Shown in pieces: positions 60,183 to 64,000 of a DNA stretch of 64,000 bases. Made by a program: the position numbers and the translations under genes. The stretch is from Lepidodermella squamata. Lineage: Eukaryota > Animalia > Gastrotricha. Every line of letters begins with the position of its first letter. Position 1 is the first letter of the stretch. Location of the stretch: positions 2,604,001-2,668,000 of the forward strand of contig JBLDXI010000015.1 of the NCBI GenBank assembly GCA_047495785.1. The letters are read 5' to 3'. The notes below the pieces were generated by a model. It had not been told where the DNA came from and did not search any database. It saw only the letters and a list, made by a program, of their open reading frames with translations.

Positions 60183-62037
60183 TTAGCCGCTGACTGCTTG
60201 CTGACTGCACGTTGGCAAAGCAACATCGTATTTGTTCATGGCGATGCATCTGACCCTGCCGTTAACGCCGGCTGGGAATTTCTTACCTGCATCGCAAGCG
60301 CACGTGAAAGATTCGCCGACATTGACGAAATCATCTTCGTTTTCACGACCATCAACCTCGCAATATCCGCCTGAGATTTCACTGGGGAAAGCGCAGACAG
60401 GTCTTGCGGTGGTCGAGCTGAAAGTGCACGATGGCCTGCTACCATCCCACGTGTTCATGCCTTTGCAAGTCAGGGTGACAGTTGCACCTTTTTGTCCATT
60501 GGTTAGGTACCCTGCGTCACAGCCGCAAATAGCCTTATCTCCGACTTCAAAGTCGGTCGCGCCGTCATTCGCGGCTGACTGGCAGTAGCCATTAACCAGA
60601 GTGTCCAAAGCAGACAGCGTGCAAATAGGTTTCAGGGTGGTGGTTATCTTCATGCACTTTGGCAGGACGCCTGAAAATGTCCTGGTAGATTGGCACTTGA
60701 GAACGCGATCTCCTATGAACCAGTAGTCATCTTCATCGTTGCAGGCGCAGGAAACCTAAGATTGAGGACATATTTAGATTTTACGCAGATTAAAAGTAGA
60801 TAGATTACCGTGCGTCCGATGTCGACATCGTTATCGTCGTCGCCCTCCTCGGCGTGGCAAACACCTCCGACAACCGTTGGAGCTCTGCCGCAGCCGGCAG
60901 CACGGGTGGTCGTGGCTATCCTGACGCAGGTTGGATATTTGGACCAGGAGCCATTGGTCTGGCAAGTAATCGTGGGGTTTCCGGACATTTGGAAGCCAGG
61001 ATTGCACTGTTGTTGATTTAGGATTATGAAAAGCGAACAATTTCAGCTCATCAGCTTACTGTAAATGTAACAGCCTCTCCGATTTTGAAGATCTGTTTGT
61101 TGTCAGCGCCTCCGATACAGTTGCTTCCATCGCAGCCAGTATTAGGAACGTCCTTTGGTCTTACGCATACAGGCGCTACTGGGGTCGTTATTATTGGTTT
61201 GCAAGTGGGGACGTTGACGAATCTAAGGGGTAGAAATTTACGATATATTTAAAATTTCTCAAGAATATCAAAATACCTGTCATTTCCGATGCATCTAACC
61301 CTTACGCTCGTTGGCCATAATGCATCACGGCGTTTCCGGCCAGATAAAGTTGCAGTAGCAGCTATGTAGTATGCGGAATTGCACGAGCAAGAAACTTCCT
61401 CATTCAAAGCGATGCGTGGATTAGTGCTGGTATTGATCCTTGTACAGGTACCGTATGCCATCAAAGGCAATTTTGCACAGCCTGGGGATAGGGTGGTGGT
61501 AGTGGGGATAGGCTTGCAGGTGGGCGGGTTCAGCCAAGTGTTCCACTCTTTACACGTCGGATTCAGTACACCCGTAGAGCGCATGTAGCCGGCTTGACAG
61601 GAGCAGTTTGCTTGGTCTCGAACTCGGAAGTATATTGGAGGCGGTGCCCTAATGTTCATCCTGCAATTCATGTTCGCCGCCAATTTGGCACCAGTGCATG
61701 AACCGTAAGATAAAGTTGGTGCCAAACAGATCATCTCACAGGTTGGGCTCCGAGTCCAGGTACCGTTGGCCTGGCATGTGACCTGAATCGGACCCGTGAA
61801 AATCCAGCTGGAGTTGATCGGCTTGTAATAGACAATAGTGTTGGGGTCGTAGAGCTGAAGGTCCTTGACTTCGCTAGTTTTAACGATGAACGAAGCAGCG
61901 CTGGGATCACCACATGCCTTGGTTGAGCAGTTGCCGCAGAAGACGAAAGGCGGATTACCACACTGACGGCCATTGACAGAACTGAGGAAGAAGCAAGCAA
62001 CGCCCAGTAGGGCAAAGGTGAGAACAACCTTCAGCAT
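60183..62037 (-). CDS. Secreted multi-sushi (CCP) protein, copy 3 (4 exons)
   Basis: Colinear with copy 1 (MLKVVLTFALLGVACFF..., RKRR, ...QQAVSG*), with a short insertion in CCP2. Confidence 0.85.
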
Positions 62038-64000
62038 TTTTTGGAAAAGAACGAAAACTGACTGGATTCCGTTATATACAGCCAGAATCTGCGCGAAAGC
62101 GGACGTTATTGCTCAAAACCCTAAAAATAATGTCTAAAATGAATTACTCTATATAGTCAACAGCTACTTCTCTCCGCTTAAAACCACGGCGGCAGAACGC
62201 CAATGCACCATCGTGCCCGCTGCGGTTAAAACGTGGCGAGCTTTTTTTACCATATGAGCAGCGCTTTTTCGATCCCGTTTATTCGTTTGTTAAAATGTGG
62301 AAGGTCGTACATCCGCAATTACTGTATATCTACTAATTTTCGGTTTTAGAGATTTCGGACCTATACTATACATTTAATTTCTGTGGATTTGAATTCGGTT
62401 TGAGGGAAGTTCCTGAGAAAAAAATCGAGATTAATCAGTTGCAGCAGGCTGTGATCTTGGATCCTGGAGCTGCCAGGGAGGGAAATTTTGTTTGCTGTAT
62501 TTGCCAGCTGTATTTGCTGTATCCAACCAAAAACCGAGCGAAGCGAGAAAATTTTGAATTTTGAAGAATTAAAACTAAAACACGCCCCAAAACCTTTCAA
62601 AATTAAGGGGGGATGATTCGCCCATCCCCTGAAAGCCGCACACTGACTTTCAGTGTTTCAGTTTCGCGTTCTATAACGCTATGAGTAGGTACCGTGGCGT
62701 GGGGTAACTTGGCCGGAAATACGGTTTTTGGATCCTATTACGTCTCCGGTAACTTGTTTCGCTCTAAATTTTATACCAAAAAATCTCCGTTCAATTCTCA
62801 ATTGATTGGTAGAATCGACGACCGATAAAATCAATCGATTCTGTGGAGGTTGAATAACATTTCATCACATTCCATGTATGCAAGGTGGGTACATAGCACA
62901 TGGAGACAGGGCACAATCACAACCAGTGGCAGGCGATTGGTCAATGTGGCAAAGCCCACCAGCCGGAGCAGTGATCCGGCATGTACACTGGGATTAGGCA
63001 ATTGAGAGTGTCCGGCCAGGGTCCCTCACAGTGTTGTCGGCAGTGCCATGTCCGGAAAACAGCAAACAGTCAAGTGGTACCACCACGTCAAGGTTCCAGT
63101 GTATTATATTTGAATTCAGGAAAGCAAAATCGAAACGACCTTTATTATACAGGAGACAGGAGCCAATGGATTTTGTTGATAACAGTTTATGAAGTCAAAC
63201 GCAGATAGGCCATTAGGTAGAAAATGTTATCAAACCTGTAACCAGTTCTGAAAAAATTTCTGGACCAAATTTGGTACCTAAAAATCCGCCGTTTTCAAGG
63301 TTTGAATGACTCGACGCGCGGCTTGGCACCTGCAATCGATGCATAAATGCAATTGTAGCTTTTCAGCTTTTCCCCCCAGGACACTGAGTTAATCCCCTAC
63401 CATCGGGTGCCCATAGCGTTCCACCCTCTTAGCTGCGAGTGAGCACTCTCGTCTCATTTACGTCGCATCTAAGTTGCGTTTTTTATGGTGTCCGGAAAGC
63501 TATTGTTCGACGTTGTGATCAATTCTTCGAACACAGAAACACACAGAAACAACAATCCGCAACACAGAAATAACAATCAAGTAATTAGCCTCGAGCTGTC
63601 CGAGCTCGAGAGGCGGGCAGAGGTGCGTTTTTTATGGTGTCCGCGGGCTAATTGTGGCAATTAAGACCAGATGACACACATAACTTAGCTTATGCTTTTC
63701 AAAGCAATCGTTCAACTTTAAATTCAGAAATATTGAACTATGGATTTTTTGGCAAGTTTGGATTCAAAATAATCGTCAATTGACAGTTAAAATTGAGAAT
63801 TTTCGGTAATTTTCGAAAAATTTCAAAAAATCAATATTTCTCTCGATTTTCGCGAATCTTGCCAACAAAATGAAAAAGGCTTCGCCACGACGTTTGGCTA
63901 AAAATTGGCCGTATGGCACGTCGTGAGAAGTTAACGAGGGTCAGATGGCGCTTTGTAGTAAATTAATTACAACCATGTCTCGATTTGTCAAGGTCTAATC

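Noticed and set aside
62690-64000. Possible TE end, short ORF and ACACAGAAAC repeats at the window end
   Set aside because: No partner terminus or recognisable protein within the window.

Overview
Gene-dense window from a compact animal (invertebrate-like) genome with mostly 50-60 nt GT-AG introns; the taxon cannot be fixed from the sequence. All spliced models were assembled by hand and family calls come from remembered motifs, not database searches. From 5' to 3': (1) three paralogous two-exon secreted peptide precursors with a C-terminal ring C-x3-FGG-x2-ARAI(P/L)IVS-x2-C, arranged around a tail-less GABA-B-like class C GPCR; (2) two paralogous glycosyltransferases fusing an ABO-type GT6-like domain to a GT-B fucosyltransferase-like domain; (3) a gustatory-receptor-like 7TM gene, two LamG/ConA-like GPI-type paralogs and copia gag relics; (4) two tandem M1 aminopeptidases, the second with introns swollen by TE debris; (5) an astacin lacking the usual cysteines and fused to two UBR-box zinc fingers; (6) a GPI-type PEBP; (7) a U2 snRNA gene bracketed by perfect 53-bp inverted repeats; (8) an EB-module protein and a serine-protease homolog; (9) three sushi/CCP paralogs, one broken; (10) a nicotinic receptor alpha subunit with a 9-bp-TSD, long-TIR element carrying an OTU-like fragment inserted in a coding exon. 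The best candidates for undescribed biology are the peptide family next to the GPCR, the GT6-fucosyltransferase fusions and the astacin-UBR fusion.
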